64,000 nt of DNA from contig JADJYV010000008.1 of NCBI GenBank assembly GCA_016719575.1, positions 15,440 through 79,439 on the forward strand, written 5' to 3'. The DNA is from Pseudobdellovibrionaceae bacterium. GTDB taxonomy: Bacteria > Bdellovibrionota > Bdellovibrionia > Bdellovibrionales > Bdellovibrionaceae. Shown piece after piece: positions 38,325 through 47,951 of the stretch. Within the stretch, counting starts at the first letter, position 1, and every line of letters starts with the position of its first letter. Made by a program: the position numbers and the translations under genes. The notes under the pieces were generated by a model. That model was not told the origin of the DNA, made no database searches, and worked only from the letters and a program-made list of their open reading frames with translations.

Positions 38325-38918
38325 GGCTTGGTCTCGCAATGAGTTTGTACCACGTGACTTAAGATACTGAGTCCCATCCCTATTTTATGTAAAAATGAAT
38401 GATTATTTGGAACAAAGTGAAACTCTGGATGCTGCGACCATAAAGACTTTAATTTTTGGTCAAGGGCAATGGCTTCACCGAGAGTTTCGCTACGAACGGG
38501 ATTTCCTCCTTCGATAGAAATACCTCCGACTGCAGCTGTTTCGAAAAAAACAACAGAATCGTACCTATTGAGTTCTGCTTCAAGGGTTGTTCCTATATGC
38601 GAAAAACTCCTCCGCAGGGCCGGGCCAATAGGCAGCGCCATCAACAGTACCTCGGTCACATAAAAGGATTCGACTTTTAAACTCTTCAGCTTTAATGGTT
38701 TCCAAATTTCTTTGCACATGAAAAATCGCTTGTTGGATGGAGCGACGGATAGTTTTATCTTCAGAGCGAGGAAAGCCTCCGGCATACAAAATCGTGGCCG
38801 CTTCGGGCACCACAACGACTTTTTCTCCGAGCTCACGTCGAAACAAATCTGCTGCCGTCGTTTTGCCACCTCCAGGCCCTCCGGTTAAAACGACTCGATG
38901 ACAATGGTTTTCTGACAT
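38321..38918 (-). pseudogene. AAA_28-type P-loop NTPase split by a frameshift
   Basis: The N-part, from ATG 38918 with a GGAG Shine-Dalgarno, reads MSENHCHRVVLTGGPGGGKTT...CDRGTVDGAAYWPGPAEEFF. The C-part, in another frame, reads SHIGTTLEAELNRYDSVVFFETAAV...FVPNNHSFLHKI... and ends at 38321. Removing one base from the A5 run at 38602-38606 (T5 in gene sense) joins them into about 198 aa. Confidence 0.6.
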
Positions 38919-38946
38919 AAGCACTCCTTACAGAATTTAGATCCCT

Positions 38947-41169
38947 CTAATGGAGAACGCGTGTAACCCCTAAGATACCTTTGATTTTTTGTAACTCATA
39001 GATCGCATTGTTGAGCTGAGTGGTGTCTTTGACACTGACCTCGAAATTGCAAATCGCTTTTTTATCTTTGGTCGTGCGGATTTGTGCAGACTCAATATTT
39101 ATTCCTTGGACAGAGAACACTTCGGACATTGATTTCAACAAACCTGGCACGTCGTGACTGACGACCCTCACCCGTACCATTCTCTCTTGTCCCTCTTTCG
39201 CCTGCGCTCCTGTCCAGGCCACATCGACTTTGCGAAGTTGATCCATCTCAAAGGCCTTCGGGCAATCGGCTCTGTGAACAGTGATCCCACGACCTCGCGA
39301 AATAAAACCGCTAATGGAGTCTCCAGGAATAGGATTGCAACACTTTGCAAAGTGAACCAAGACATCATCCATACCATCCACGCTGATCAGCGAATTGCTC
39401 TTGCGTGTTTTTTGCGCAGCGGCCTTAACTACTTTTTCCATAAAAGTAGCTTCTTCCGTTTTCGCGGCTTCTTTTTCGGCAGATCTTGGGGACACTTTGT
39501 TCACCAAGTGGCGTGGCTCTAATCGACCATAGCCGACTTTAACATAGAGCTCATCGATATCCCGCAAACCATTCTCTTTCAGAAACAACTCGAACTCAGG
39601 ACCCTTCAATTGCTTCGCGGCTGCCATTCCAAATTTTCGAAACTCTTTTTCGACCAAATCCTTACCAAGGGTGAGCGAACGACGACGCTGTTCCTCTTTG
39701 ACATACTGACGGATTTTCTGTTTTGCCTTATTTGTGACAACGAGCTTTAACCAATCTTTTGTTGGCACCTGAGTTTTTGAAGTCACAATCTCAATGCTGT
39801 CTCCGTTTTGCAGCTGGTACCGCAAGGGAACCATCTTGCCATTGACTCGCGCGCCAACACACTGATTCCCCAGCTGCGTATGCACGGCGTACGCAAAATC
39901 GAGTGGGCTTGCTCCCTCTGGAAACTCGCGAACATCTCCCTTGGGGGTAAAAACATAAATCTCGCTCTCAAACAAATCTGTCTTAACGCTATCCAAAAAC
40001 TCATCTGCACTCTTTACTTGCTGGTGTGAGCTCACTAAGTCGCGAAGCCAATTTGCCTGCTGAAACTCACTGTCATCATCAACCTTACCGCGCTCCTTGT
40101 ATTTCCAGTGGGCCGCAATCCCTCGTTCTGCTACTAAGTGCATTTCTCGAGTTCGAATCTGAATTTCTATTCGCTCTCCTCCGGGGCCAATCACCGTGGT
40201 ATGAAGGGATTGATAATTATTCGCCTTTGGCATCGCAATGAAATCTTTAAAACGACCCGGAATTGGCTTCCACAAAGAGTGAACAAGACCCAAAACGCCG
40301 TAACACTCAGCCACAGAATCCACGATCACCCTAAAAGCAAGAACATCGTAGAGCTGCTCATAATCAATACTGCGTGATTGCATTTTTTTGTAAATCGACC
40401 ACAAGTGCTTTGATCTTCCAAAGACATCAAACTTAAAATTTGCCTTTTGCAATTCGTGGCTAATTTGCAATTTTACGTCGTCGATATAACGACTGCGCTC
40501 GCCTTCGGTCTTTCGAACTTTCTGCACCAGCTGATAATACATATCCGGTCGAAAGTAACGGAAACACAGATCTTCAAGCTCGATCTTCAAGGAACTGATA
40601 CCCATTCGGCCTGCAAGTGGGCAATAGATTTCTAAGGTTTCAAGAGCAATGCGTTCTTGCTTCTCGAAGGGCATAAAGTTCATCGTGCGCATGTTGTGCA
40701 AACGATCACATAACTTTACTAACAAAACTCGCACATCCCTACCCATAGCAACGATCATCTTACGGACGTTCTCCCCCTGCTTCTCGTTGCTATTCTTAAA
40801 CTTCATCTGCGAGATTTTGGTAACCCCGTCCACAAGTTGAGCAATAGGCTCACCAAATTCACGACGGACGTCCTCAAGAGTCGCATGCGTATCCTCAACC
40901 GTGTCATGAAGAAGCCCCGTTGCGATCGAATCTAAATCAAGGTGTAAGTCCGCTAAAATTCCGGCGACCGAAAGTGGATGAGAAATATAAGGCTCGCCCG
41001 AACGACGGATTTGCCCCTCATGAGCCCGCTCGGAAAACAAATAAGCCTTTTCAATAATTTTTAAATCAGCCTGAGGAAAATAAGCTCTAATCTTATTGAG
41101 CAAATCCTCTAATGTTTTTGTGGTCCCCTGGGATAACCCGGTCTCCACTTGTAGGCTGTTTTCGGACAT
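38947..41169 (-). CDS. rel: Bifunctional (p)ppGpp synthetase/hydrolase (RelA/SpoT homologue)
   Basis: 740 aa with an HD hydrolase domain (HPLSVAGILA...LLHDTVEDT), a synthetase domain (...YQSLHTTV...IEIQIRT), and TGS and ACT C-terminal regions. Confidence 0.95.
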   Translation of the reverse strand: MSENSLQVETGLSQGTTKTLEDLLNKIRAYFPQADLKIIEKAYLFSERAHEGQIRRSGEPYISHPLSVAGILADLHLDLDSIATGLLHDTVEDTHATLEDVRREFGEPIAQLVDGVTKISQMKFKNSNEKQGENVRKMIVAMGRDVRVLLVKLCDRLHNMRTMNFMPFEKQERIALETLEIYCPLAGRMGISSLKIELEDLCFRYFRPDMYYQLVQKVRKTEGERSRYIDDVKLQISHELQKANFKFDVFGRSKHLWSIYKKMQSRSIDYEQLYDVLAFRVIVDSVAECYGVLGLVHSLWKPIPGRFKDFIAMPKANNYQSLHTTVIGPGGERIEIQIRTREMHLVAERGIAAHWKYKERGKVDDDSEFQQANWLRDLVSSHQQVKSADEFLDSVKTDLFESEIYVFTPKGDVREFPEGASPLDFAYAVHTQLGNQCVGARVNGKMVPLRYQLQNGDSIEIVTSKTQVPTKDWLKLVVTNKAKQKIRQYVKEEQRRRSLTLGKDLVEKEFRKFGMAAAKQLKGPEFELFLKENGLRDIDELYVKVGYGRLEPRHLVNKVSPRSAEKEAAKTEEATFMEKVVKAAAQKTRKSNSLISVDGMDDVLVHFAKCCNPIPGDSISGFISRGRGITVHRADCPKAFEMDQLRKVDVAWTGAQAKEGQERMVRVRVVSHDVPGLLKSMSEVFSVQGINIESAQIRTTKDKKAICNFEVSVKDTTQLNNAIYELQKIKGILGVTRVLH

Positions 41170-41284
41170 ATCTTAAAATCATATCTTAGAAGGCAAGCGA
41201 GCTCCAAGAAAGAAACTCCAAACTGCCCTCGAAGAAACAGAAATTATTTTGTATTTTCATGTATTTAAGACCTTAGACCAAGTC

Positions 41285-41527
41285 TTATTTCTTTAGATCT
41301 CTTTCGATCTCGGCATGCAAAACTGCAGGATCCATATTGTGGTCTTCATAACCAACGTTCCCAGCAGCGACCTCTCGAAGTGCACTCACAATATATTTAT
41401 TACTTCGAGCAGCGACTGTGCACTCTGAGCCTTTTAACAACTGCTTGGCGCGCTTTGAAACCATCAACACCAATGCAAAGCGGTTAGGAACCTTACTCAG
41501 GCAATCTTCTACCGTAACGCGAGCCAT
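41285..41527 (-). CDS. rpoZ: DNA-directed RNA polymerase subunit omega
   Basis: 80 aa, [30 protein letters not shown]. Confidence 0.93.
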   Translation of the reverse strand: MARVTVEDCLSKVPNRFALVLMVSKRAKQLLKGSECTVAARSNKYIVSALREVAAGNVGYEDHNMDPAVLHAEIERDLKK

Positions 41528-41557
41528 GAAAGACCTCCAAAAAGGAGTAAAGTAGCC

Positions 41558-42115
41558 TTAAGCAAGTAATTCTTCAATGATTTTTTTAAACTGCCCATAA
41601 GAGAGGTCAAACTGATCATTTACAATCTGGTAATCAAACTTTGATGCCACTTGAATTTCTTTTTGGGCGTTTGACATGCGAATTTCGATATCAGCCGGGA
41701 CCCTACCATCCCGTTTTTCAATTCGCCGACGCAGCTCGTCAATGCTGGGTGGGAGAATGAATATTGATACAGCATTCGGGTACTTCGCCTTAAAGGTATC
41801 GGCTCCCTGGACATCGACGTCCATGATGACACACTTCCCAATCAGCCAGGCGTCTTCAAGCTGATAATAAGGAGTTCCATAGAGATTGTTATGAACGTTA
41901 GCCCATTCCACAAAAAAATTTTCTTTAATTCTGATTTCGAATTCTTCTCGAGTTACAAAGTGATACGGATGCCCCTGGCTTTCGCCCTTGCGCATAGCAC
42001 GTGTTGTAAACGTCACCGTATCTTCGAGGCGGGAATCCTCGCGGCAGGCACGTTCTACAAAGCTACTTTTGCCAGCACCACTCGGCGCGGCAACAATAAT
42101 CATTCTCGTCTTCAT
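41558..42115 (-). CDS. gmk: Guanylate kinase
   Basis: 185 aa with P-loop APSGAGKSS, in the gmk-rpoZ context. Confidence 0.92.
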   Translation of the reverse strand: MKTRMIIVAAPSGAGKSSFVERACREDSRLEDTVTFTTRAMRKGESQGHPYHFVTREEFEIRIKENFFVEWANVHNNLYGTPYYQLEDAWLIGKCVIMDVDVQGADTFKAKYPNAVSIFILPPSIDELRRRIEKRDGRVPADIEIRMSNAQKEIQVASKFDYQIVNDQFDLSYGQFKKIIEELLA

Positions 42116-42990
42116 TCGGCGTTTTGAACCTGCTCCCTAAGTCTTTCGATAAGTGTTTTTGCTTCTACCACGGCCTGAGTGATCTTGGCTACCTGAGACT
42201 TTGAACCAATTGTATTCACCTCGCGGAGCAACTCTTGGGTGTAAAAATCCAACTTTTTGCCCTCTGCCTGAGGACTCTTAAGCAAGTCTTTGTAATTCTT
42301 TAAATGTTCGGCCAAGCGGACCAATTCTTCATTGATATCCGCCTTCTCAAGTTGAATAACAATTTCTTGAGCCAAGCGATTTGAATCCATCTCGAGCCCT
42401 TTCATGCGTGTTCCGACTTTGAGTTCAAATCGATCCTGAAGTTGTTTGTTAGCTTCTTCCCGTAAAGCGCTAATAATACGAACTTGTTTTTCAAGATCGT
42501 GAACCAATTTTTCTAGTTCTTTCTGTAAAAACTTTCCCTCGCGCTCTCGCTCCTGCGCACAGTCCGCACAGGCCTTTGCAAAGACTGTTTTAAGAAGTTT
42601 CTCTTCGTGGCTGGACACTTCCAGCCGCTCTTCGAGCTGAATAACTTCTGGCATTCGCGCTAAGACTTCCAAATGGATGGGCGTTGATAGTTTTGTCGAC
42701 TTAGAAATTTTTTGAAAGGCCTGCAGATACTTTTTAGCCAGAACTTCGTTAACTCGCACTTCGGCGGCCCCTTGTGCCGACTTATTCCGGCGCACTACAA
42801 AAATATCCACCGTTCCTCGAAGTATTTTTTCTCCGAGAATTTTTTTAAGATCCGCCTCAAAAGGGATAAACTCCCGCGGCAAATGAAATCGCGTGTCCAA
42901 AAAACGCCCGTTCACAGAGCGAATGCTCACTTCTATACTGAGGTCTTTTTGTTGCGATTTTGCAGTGCCATAACCAGTCATGCTTCTCAT
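42112..42990 (-). CDS. yicC: YicC-family stress-induced protein
   Basis: MRSMTGYG N-terminus from ATG 42990 (GGAGAG Shine-Dalgarno), and a C-terminal ...ELLREVNTIGSK motif. Confidence 0.88.
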   Translation of the reverse strand: MRSMTGYGTAKSQQKDLSIEVSIRSVNGRFLDTRFHLPREFIPFEADLKKILGEKILRGTVDIFVVRRNKSAQGAAEVRVNEVLAKKYLQAFQKISKSTKLSTPIHLEVLARMPEVIQLEERLEVSSHEEKLLKTVFAKACADCAQEREREGKFLQKELEKLVHDLEKQVRIISALREEANKQLQDRFELKVGTRMKGLEMDSNRLAQEIVIQLEKADINEELVRLAEHLKNYKDLLKSPQAEGKKLDFYTQELLREVNTIGSKSQVAKITQAVVEAKTLIERLREQVQNAE

Positions 42991-43025
42991 AATTCTCTCC
43001 AGTATGAAAACCCCAACAACTCTCG

Positions 43026-43961
43026 TCAAGCCCAAGACTTGTCTAAAAACTCATTCACTTTTTCAGTAGCTAACGAAAATTCAGTGGCGCCATCAAACCA
43101 AAAAACCTCAGGATCTCTCTGAAACCAAGTCCTCTGTCTTTTAGCGATCCCCATGGTGTTTTTCGTGATTTCCTCAACGAGCCACTCCCGAGTTCTTTTC
43201 CCCTGTAAATACTCGATGACTTCTTTATAGCCAACACCGCTGAGTGGCGCCCAAGTCGCTAGCCCTACGGCCAGCAATCCTCGAACCTCTTCGATTAAAC
43301 CCGCAACGATCATTCGCTCAGTTCTCTGCCGAACCCTTTCGCGAAGAACTTCCCGATCCCATTTGATTCCAATCTTCAGGAGAGGATAGGGAAACGGCTT
43401 TTGATCATCGGCAAATTCGCGGCGAATGGCCGTCAGGGTCTTACCCTCCGCACGAATCAGCTCCATGGCTCGACCCAAGCGGTAATGATCTTGAAAGTGA
43501 ATTTTTTTTGCAGCCTCTGGATCCCTTTGCTGAAACTCTTCATATAAAGCGAGGGCCCCTGCTTCACTTTTAAGACCCTCTTCGATTTCGCGACTGATCT
43601 CGAGGGGGATCTGACGAACGGGATACATTCCTTTTTCAATGGCCTGAAAGTAGAAACCGGTTCCCCCGACCACAAAAGCTGGCCCCACCGGCAATGATTC
43701 AATACATGGAAAAAAATCTCGGGCGTACTTTCCTGCTGTCATCGTTTCGCCCGCCTCAACATAATCATAAAGAAAATGCGGAGCTAGATTCATCTCTTCC
43801 TTCGTTGGCTTCGCAGCTCCTATATCCAGCAACTTATAAAGCTGAACACTGTCACAATTCACAACAGAGCCCCGAAACTGACGTGCCCAACTCAGCGCCC
43901 AACCGCTCTTGCCGGATGCCGTGCTGCCCATTATAAAGACGACAGGCCGTTGTTTGCACAT
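43026..43961 (-). CDS. miaA: tRNA dimethylallyltransferase
   Basis: 311 aa with P-loop GSTASGKS, located downstream of mutL. Confidence 0.9.
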   Translation of the reverse strand: MCKQRPVVFIMGSTASGKSGWALSWARQFRGSVVNCDSVQLYKLLDIGAAKPTKEEMNLAPHFLYDYVEAGETMTAGKYARDFFPCIESLPVGPAFVVGGTGFYFQAIEKGMYPVRQIPLEISREIEEGLKSEAGALALYEEFQQRDPEAAKKIHFQDHYRLGRAMELIRAEGKTLTAIRREFADDQKPFPYPLLKIGIKWDREVLRERVRQRTERMIVAGLIEEVRGLLAVGLATWAPLSGVGYKEVIEYLQGKRTREWLVEEITKNTMGIAKRQRTWFQRDPEVFWFDGATEFSLATEKVNEFLDKSWA

Positions 43962-45772
43962 CAGACAATGCGTCCGAAATCTTTTTCAAGTTTATAGTAC
44001 GGATATTCAACAGATACAGGACGCCCATGAGGACAAAAGCTCGATAATGGAAAATCATCCATCTCTTCCAACAAACTTTTCATTTGCTCAACACTCAGAG
44101 CCTGGCCCGCACGAATCACCGAGTGACAGGCCATCGTTGCGCAGATGTCCCCGATGACTTTTTCCATCCGAAAACTTCCACCCAACTCCAAAGCCTCAGC
44201 GGACATTTTATCTAAAACCGAACTCATAATAGATTCTTTGATAACTGCAGGTGCCGCTTTGACTCCCACTGTTGTTGGACCAAGCACCTCTAAATAGACC
44301 CCTAACTTTTCTAAATCAGAAAACAAAACTGCCAAGGCTTCAACTTTATCTGGAGTTAGATCGATTGCCAGTGGAAAAAGGAACTCCTGAACTTCCATTT
44401 TTCCACCGCGCCAAGCTGCCATTAAACGCTCAAACACAACGCGCTCATGAGCTGCGTGCTGATCGACAAAAACCAACCTGTCACGACTCTGACAAATGAT
44501 ATAGGTCAAATTGGCTTGCCCTAAAACTTCTAAACTCGACCAATACTTTACGCTTGCAACGGATTTAGCGTCGGTTGGTTCTTTCGCCGCTGACTCCGTC
44601 GGAAAAAGCACCGTCGACTGAAAAGTGTCTCTTCGTTCTTCTGCTTGTTTGGCCGCCATCTGAAGTGGAAAATCTTTTTTGGCATACTGAGTGACATGAA
44701 AATCTTGATGAGAAAAAGAAGCCTGCTCCGAGCGAGAAACCACAGGCGATGCAAACTCCGTCGGCGTGGCAACAGCCACACCCTTTGGAACCCAGGGAGC
44801 TTGCTCTAAACTCTCGCGAATAGCTGCGCTGACCGCCCTAAAAACCAAAGAAGAGTTATGAAATTTAACCTGAGATTTCGTCGGGTGGATATTCACATCA
44901 ATGTACTCTGGATCCACCTCCACCCAAACCGCCGCAATCGGATACTCCCCGTGCATCAATAAATTTCGATAGGCTTCCATGACCGCCGCTTGCATGCTTC
45001 GATCTTGCACCCATCTGTTTTGTGCAAAAAGCCAAATATTTTTCGCAGTTTTTGCAACAGTATGAGGATCTGCAAAAATAGCATAAGCTGTGACATTTTC
45101 TCTTTGCGCCTGCCCCTCGTAGAGACTTTTTATCTCGAGGACCTGCTCAGCCCGCTCTTTTCGAGTCGCACAGGGCGGCCAAAAAAACACCAGCTCATTC
45201 TTCTCGTAAATGCGAAAAGCAACGCCCGAGTGAGCGAGAGCCAAAGCCTTCAATGTTGTTTTAATTTGCGTTGCCTCTGCGGCATCCGACTTTAGAAACT
45301 TTAGACGTGCAGGCATATTTGCGAAAAGCTCTTGCACCGTGATCGTCGTTCCATCTGGACCGCCGACGGGATCCACAGAAGTTTTTTTCCCAAAATCACT
45401 CAAGAGCTGATACGCCCTCTCCGTCCCCTTGGGCCGAGAGGTCAGATTGAGCTTGCTCACTGCTGCAATACTAGCAAGAGCCTCTCCACGAAAACCAAAT
45501 GTGCGCAACTTCCACAAATCATCGCTACTTGAAATTTTGCTAGTCGCAAACCTTTCGAGAGCCTTCGGCAACTCCTCCGCAGGAATCCCCTTGCCATCGT
45601 CAGTCACTTTAACATAGCGGCCACCCTCAGAAAATTCGATGGTCACAACCCCGGCACCCGCATCGATGCTGTTTTCTACCAGCTCCTTAACTAAATGAGC
45701 TGGTCTTTCGACAACTTCGCCCGCCGCGATTTGGTCGACAACTTCTGGAGGTAATATTTGAATGGATGACAT
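43961..45772 (-). CDS. mutL: DNA mismatch repair protein MutL
   Basis: 603 aa. IQILPPEVVDQIAAGEVVERPAHLVKELVENSIDAG is the GHKL ATPase N-terminus. Confidence 0.95.
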   Translation of the reverse strand: MSSIQILPPEVVDQIAAGEVVERPAHLVKELVENSIDAGAGVVTIEFSEGGRYVKVTDDGKGIPAEELPKALERFATSKISSSDDLWKLRTFGFRGEALASIAAVSKLNLTSRPKGTERAYQLLSDFGKKTSVDPVGGPDGTTITVQELFANMPARLKFLKSDAAEATQIKTTLKALALAHSGVAFRIYEKNELVFFWPPCATRKERAEQVLEIKSLYEGQAQRENVTAYAIFADPHTVAKTAKNIWLFAQNRWVQDRSMQAAVMEAYRNLLMHGEYPIAAVWVEVDPEYIDVNIHPTKSQVKFHNSSLVFRAVSAAIRESLEQAPWVPKGVAVATPTEFASPVVSRSEQASFSHQDFHVTQYAKKDFPLQMAAKQAEERRDTFQSTVLFPTESAAKEPTDAKSVASVKYWSSLEVLGQANLTYIICQSRDRLVFVDQHAAHERVVFERLMAAWRGGKMEVQEFLFPLAIDLTPDKVEALAVLFSDLEKLGVYLEVLGPTTVGVKAAPAVIKESIMSSVLDKMSAEALELGGSFRMEKVIGDICATMACHSVIRAGQALSVEQMKSLLEEMDDFPLSSFCPHGRPVSVEYPYYKLEKDFGRIV

Positions 45773-45795
45773 ATATGGGATCTACCCATTTTTAG

Positions 45796-46620
45796 CTAAA
45801 AAGGAAAACCAAAAGTGATGCCAAAGCCCCAATACTTGGTCTTTTCCCAATAGTACTTCGTATTAAAACGCAGTGCGTATTTCCCAGTTCTAAAAGCCAA
45901 ACCCAAATCAAAGACAGCCCCCAGTGACATATCATCCAAGCTGTAATTGATCTCTTTGCCAGACTCGGTCAATCCGACTTCGAAGTGGGAGTATTTAAAC
46001 ATGGGTCCAAACCCGTAGGTCACCATATGCCACTTGCTTTGAGGCATTGCCGTTTCAAAAATAAAGTCCGTAATAAAAATCCAACCGCTCGCTGCACGCC
46101 CCGTTGCACTTTGATAATAATCCGGAGCCCCAGAGCGAAATAGAAACTCCGCATCAGTCCTAAAATCACCGGAAAACATAGTGTTAGGTCCCGCCACTTT
46201 AAATCCATAAAATGGCATGTTTTGCGAACGAACCGCCCCCATCGAGTTTTCATTGTAGGTCAAGTAAGAGACGACAGGCCCACGGTATCGCGAAGAATAA
46301 AATGGTTTCAATGGACGAGCTGGAGCCTCGGATTTTTTTTCAGACTTTGAGGCTGGGGTGTTTTCGCCTTTCGCGGTCTTTCCAGGCCCCGCCTGCCCAA
46401 CGGGCGAAGCCACCGTTGATAAACGAACGTCATTATCCGCGATCCATCCAGTGACGCCGGTTTTGATTCTGATTTTATAAAAAGGACCTCTTTTTTTAAT
46501 GGATATGGCATAGGACTGGCCGGCCTTCAGCTCCGCTAAGATTGGGGCATCAAAATCAGCGTCTTTATAAACCAAGGCTCCTTGATTAACAATTTGCGCC
46601 TGCTGAGACTGTGCCCACAA
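45796..46620 (-). CDS. SH3b-domain plus beta-barrel outer-membrane protein; the true start is probably ATG 46673, displaced by a homopolymer frameshift
   Basis: SH3_3-like segment GQSYAISIKKRGPFYKIRIKTGVTGWIADNDV; C-terminal OMP signature ...WGFGITFGFPF. The in-frame upstream sequence KIKIISFLIVFFCGWSLWA/QSQ is a signal peptide lacking its Met (see findings). Confidence 0.7.
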   Translation of the reverse strand: MWAQSQQAQIVNQGALVYKDADFDAPILAELKAGQSYAISIKKRGPFYKIRIKTGVTGWIADNDVRLSTVASPVGQAGPGKTAKGENTPASKSEKKSEAPARPLKPFYSSRYRGPVVSYLTYNENSMGAVRSQNMPFYGFKVAGPNTMFSGDFRTDAEFLFRSGAPDYYQSATGRAASGWIFITDFIFETAMPQSKWHMVTYGFGPMFKYSHFEVGLTESGKEINYSLDDMSLGAVFDLGLAFRTGKYALRFNTKYYWEKTKYWGFGITFGFPF

Positions 46621-46674
46621 ACTCCATCCACAAAAAAATACGATTAGAAATGAGATGATTTTTATTTTTTCATG

Positions 46675-47370
46675 CTATTTAAAACGCATCAACCAAACTC
46701 GATAGAAGGCTTCAATCACAATCCTTAGCGACATTTTACTATGGCCCACGCGTCGATCTTCGAAAACAATCGGAGACTCCACCCCGCGAAAACCCTTTTT
46801 CATTGCCTTGTATTTCAGCTCTATTTGAAAGCTATACCCGTTAGAAGTCACCGTTTTTAAATCAATTCCCAGCAAGACTTCCCTCTTCCAAGCGTTAAAC
46901 CCTCCGGTCCAGTCATTCAGCGGAAACCCCAATATCAAACGGGAGTAAAGTCCGCCGCCTCGAGATATGATCTTGCGCATGATTCCCCAATTTACAGTTC
47001 GCCCGCCACTCACATAGCGCGACCCAACCGCAAAATCGTAACCTTGCAAATTCGCTAGCAAGGTTACCAAGTCTTCCGGACGATGAGAAAAATCCGCATC
47101 CATTTCAGTCAACACCTCAAAACCATGATCGATTCCCCACCTAAAACCTGCAATATAGGCTTTGCCTAATCCTTGCTTCCCCGGGCGTGAGAGCAAATGG
47201 AGACGAGGATTGCTTTTTTGCATTTCTTGAACAATGGCTCCGGTTCGGTCCGGAGAGTTGTCATCCACAACCAATATTTCAACTTGAATGTTTTGCGCGA
47301 AAATTGCCTGCAAAATATTTTGAATATTTTCTTTTTCATTATATGTAGGAATAATCACGAGCGTCTTCAT
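46675..47370 (-). CDS. GT2-family polyprenol-phosphate mannosyltransferase (Dpm1-like)
   Basis: 231 aa, MKTLVIIPTYNEKENI...VVDDNSPDRTG...DADFSH. Confidence 0.85.
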   Translation of the reverse strand: MKTLVIIPTYNEKENIQNILQAIFAQNIQVEILVVDDNSPDRTGAIVQEMQKSNPRLHLLSRPGKQGLGKAYIAGFRWGIDHGFEVLTEMDADFSHRPEDLVTLLANLQGYDFAVGSRYVSGGRTVNWGIMRKIISRGGGLYSRLILGFPLNDWTGGFNAWKREVLLGIDLKTVTSNGYSFQIELKYKAMKKGFRGVESPIVFEDRRVGHSKMSLRIVIEAFYRVWLMRFK

Positions 47371-47422
47371 TGGTCAGCCCAGAGTAAACTTCTGACGCCC
47401 ATTACTCAATCATTATTTTAGA

Positions 47423-47848
47423 TTAGATCTGACGAGAAACAAGAGTACCTCTTTTTTCTTTGTTCTGCAGAGCTTCTGACTTTTCTCTTGAAATTGATGG
47501 TAAATTTAATGGCTTAGCCAATAGATTATTTGGATTTTCCTTGCGACTTTTTAAATGCAACGTGACTTTTTCAACCGCTCGCTCTTGATCTTTGATATAG
47601 AGCACAGGATCAAAACCACACTGACGACAAGGAACAGACATCCGCCAACGCAATTGTATAAAAACTTCAGTCAGCGCCAAAAAAACAGCAAAAACCATAA
47701 GCACACGGGGATCAAATGATTTCCAAATTAAATACATGACAAGAACTGACGCCAACGCAGCATAACTGATATTAATCAGGCCGATATTGCGCCGCTTGTA
47801 AATCCTTCGAGGCGTACGGCAAAAGGCACAAAAACAATTGTTTTTCAT
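47423..47848 (-). CDS. Hypothetical membrane protein with two CxxC pairs
   Basis: 141 aa. CFCAFC and CRQC motifs flank two TM helices. Confidence 0.5.
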   Translation of the reverse strand: MKNNCFCAFCRTPRRIYKRRNIGLINISYAALASVLVMYLIWKSFDPRVLMVFAVFLALTEVFIQLRWRMSVPCRQCGFDPVLYIKDQERAVEKVTLHLKSRKENPNNLLAKPLNLPSISREKSEALQNKEKRGTLVSRQI

Positions 47849-47951
47849 TAGCTCTATTGTGCCAGGAGCCCCCCCCCTGTGAAAGTCCAGACGATGTCGC
47901 CAGCCCCAGGTTTTTTTGCAAAAGTTATTTTTTGTTTGCTACACTCATCAC

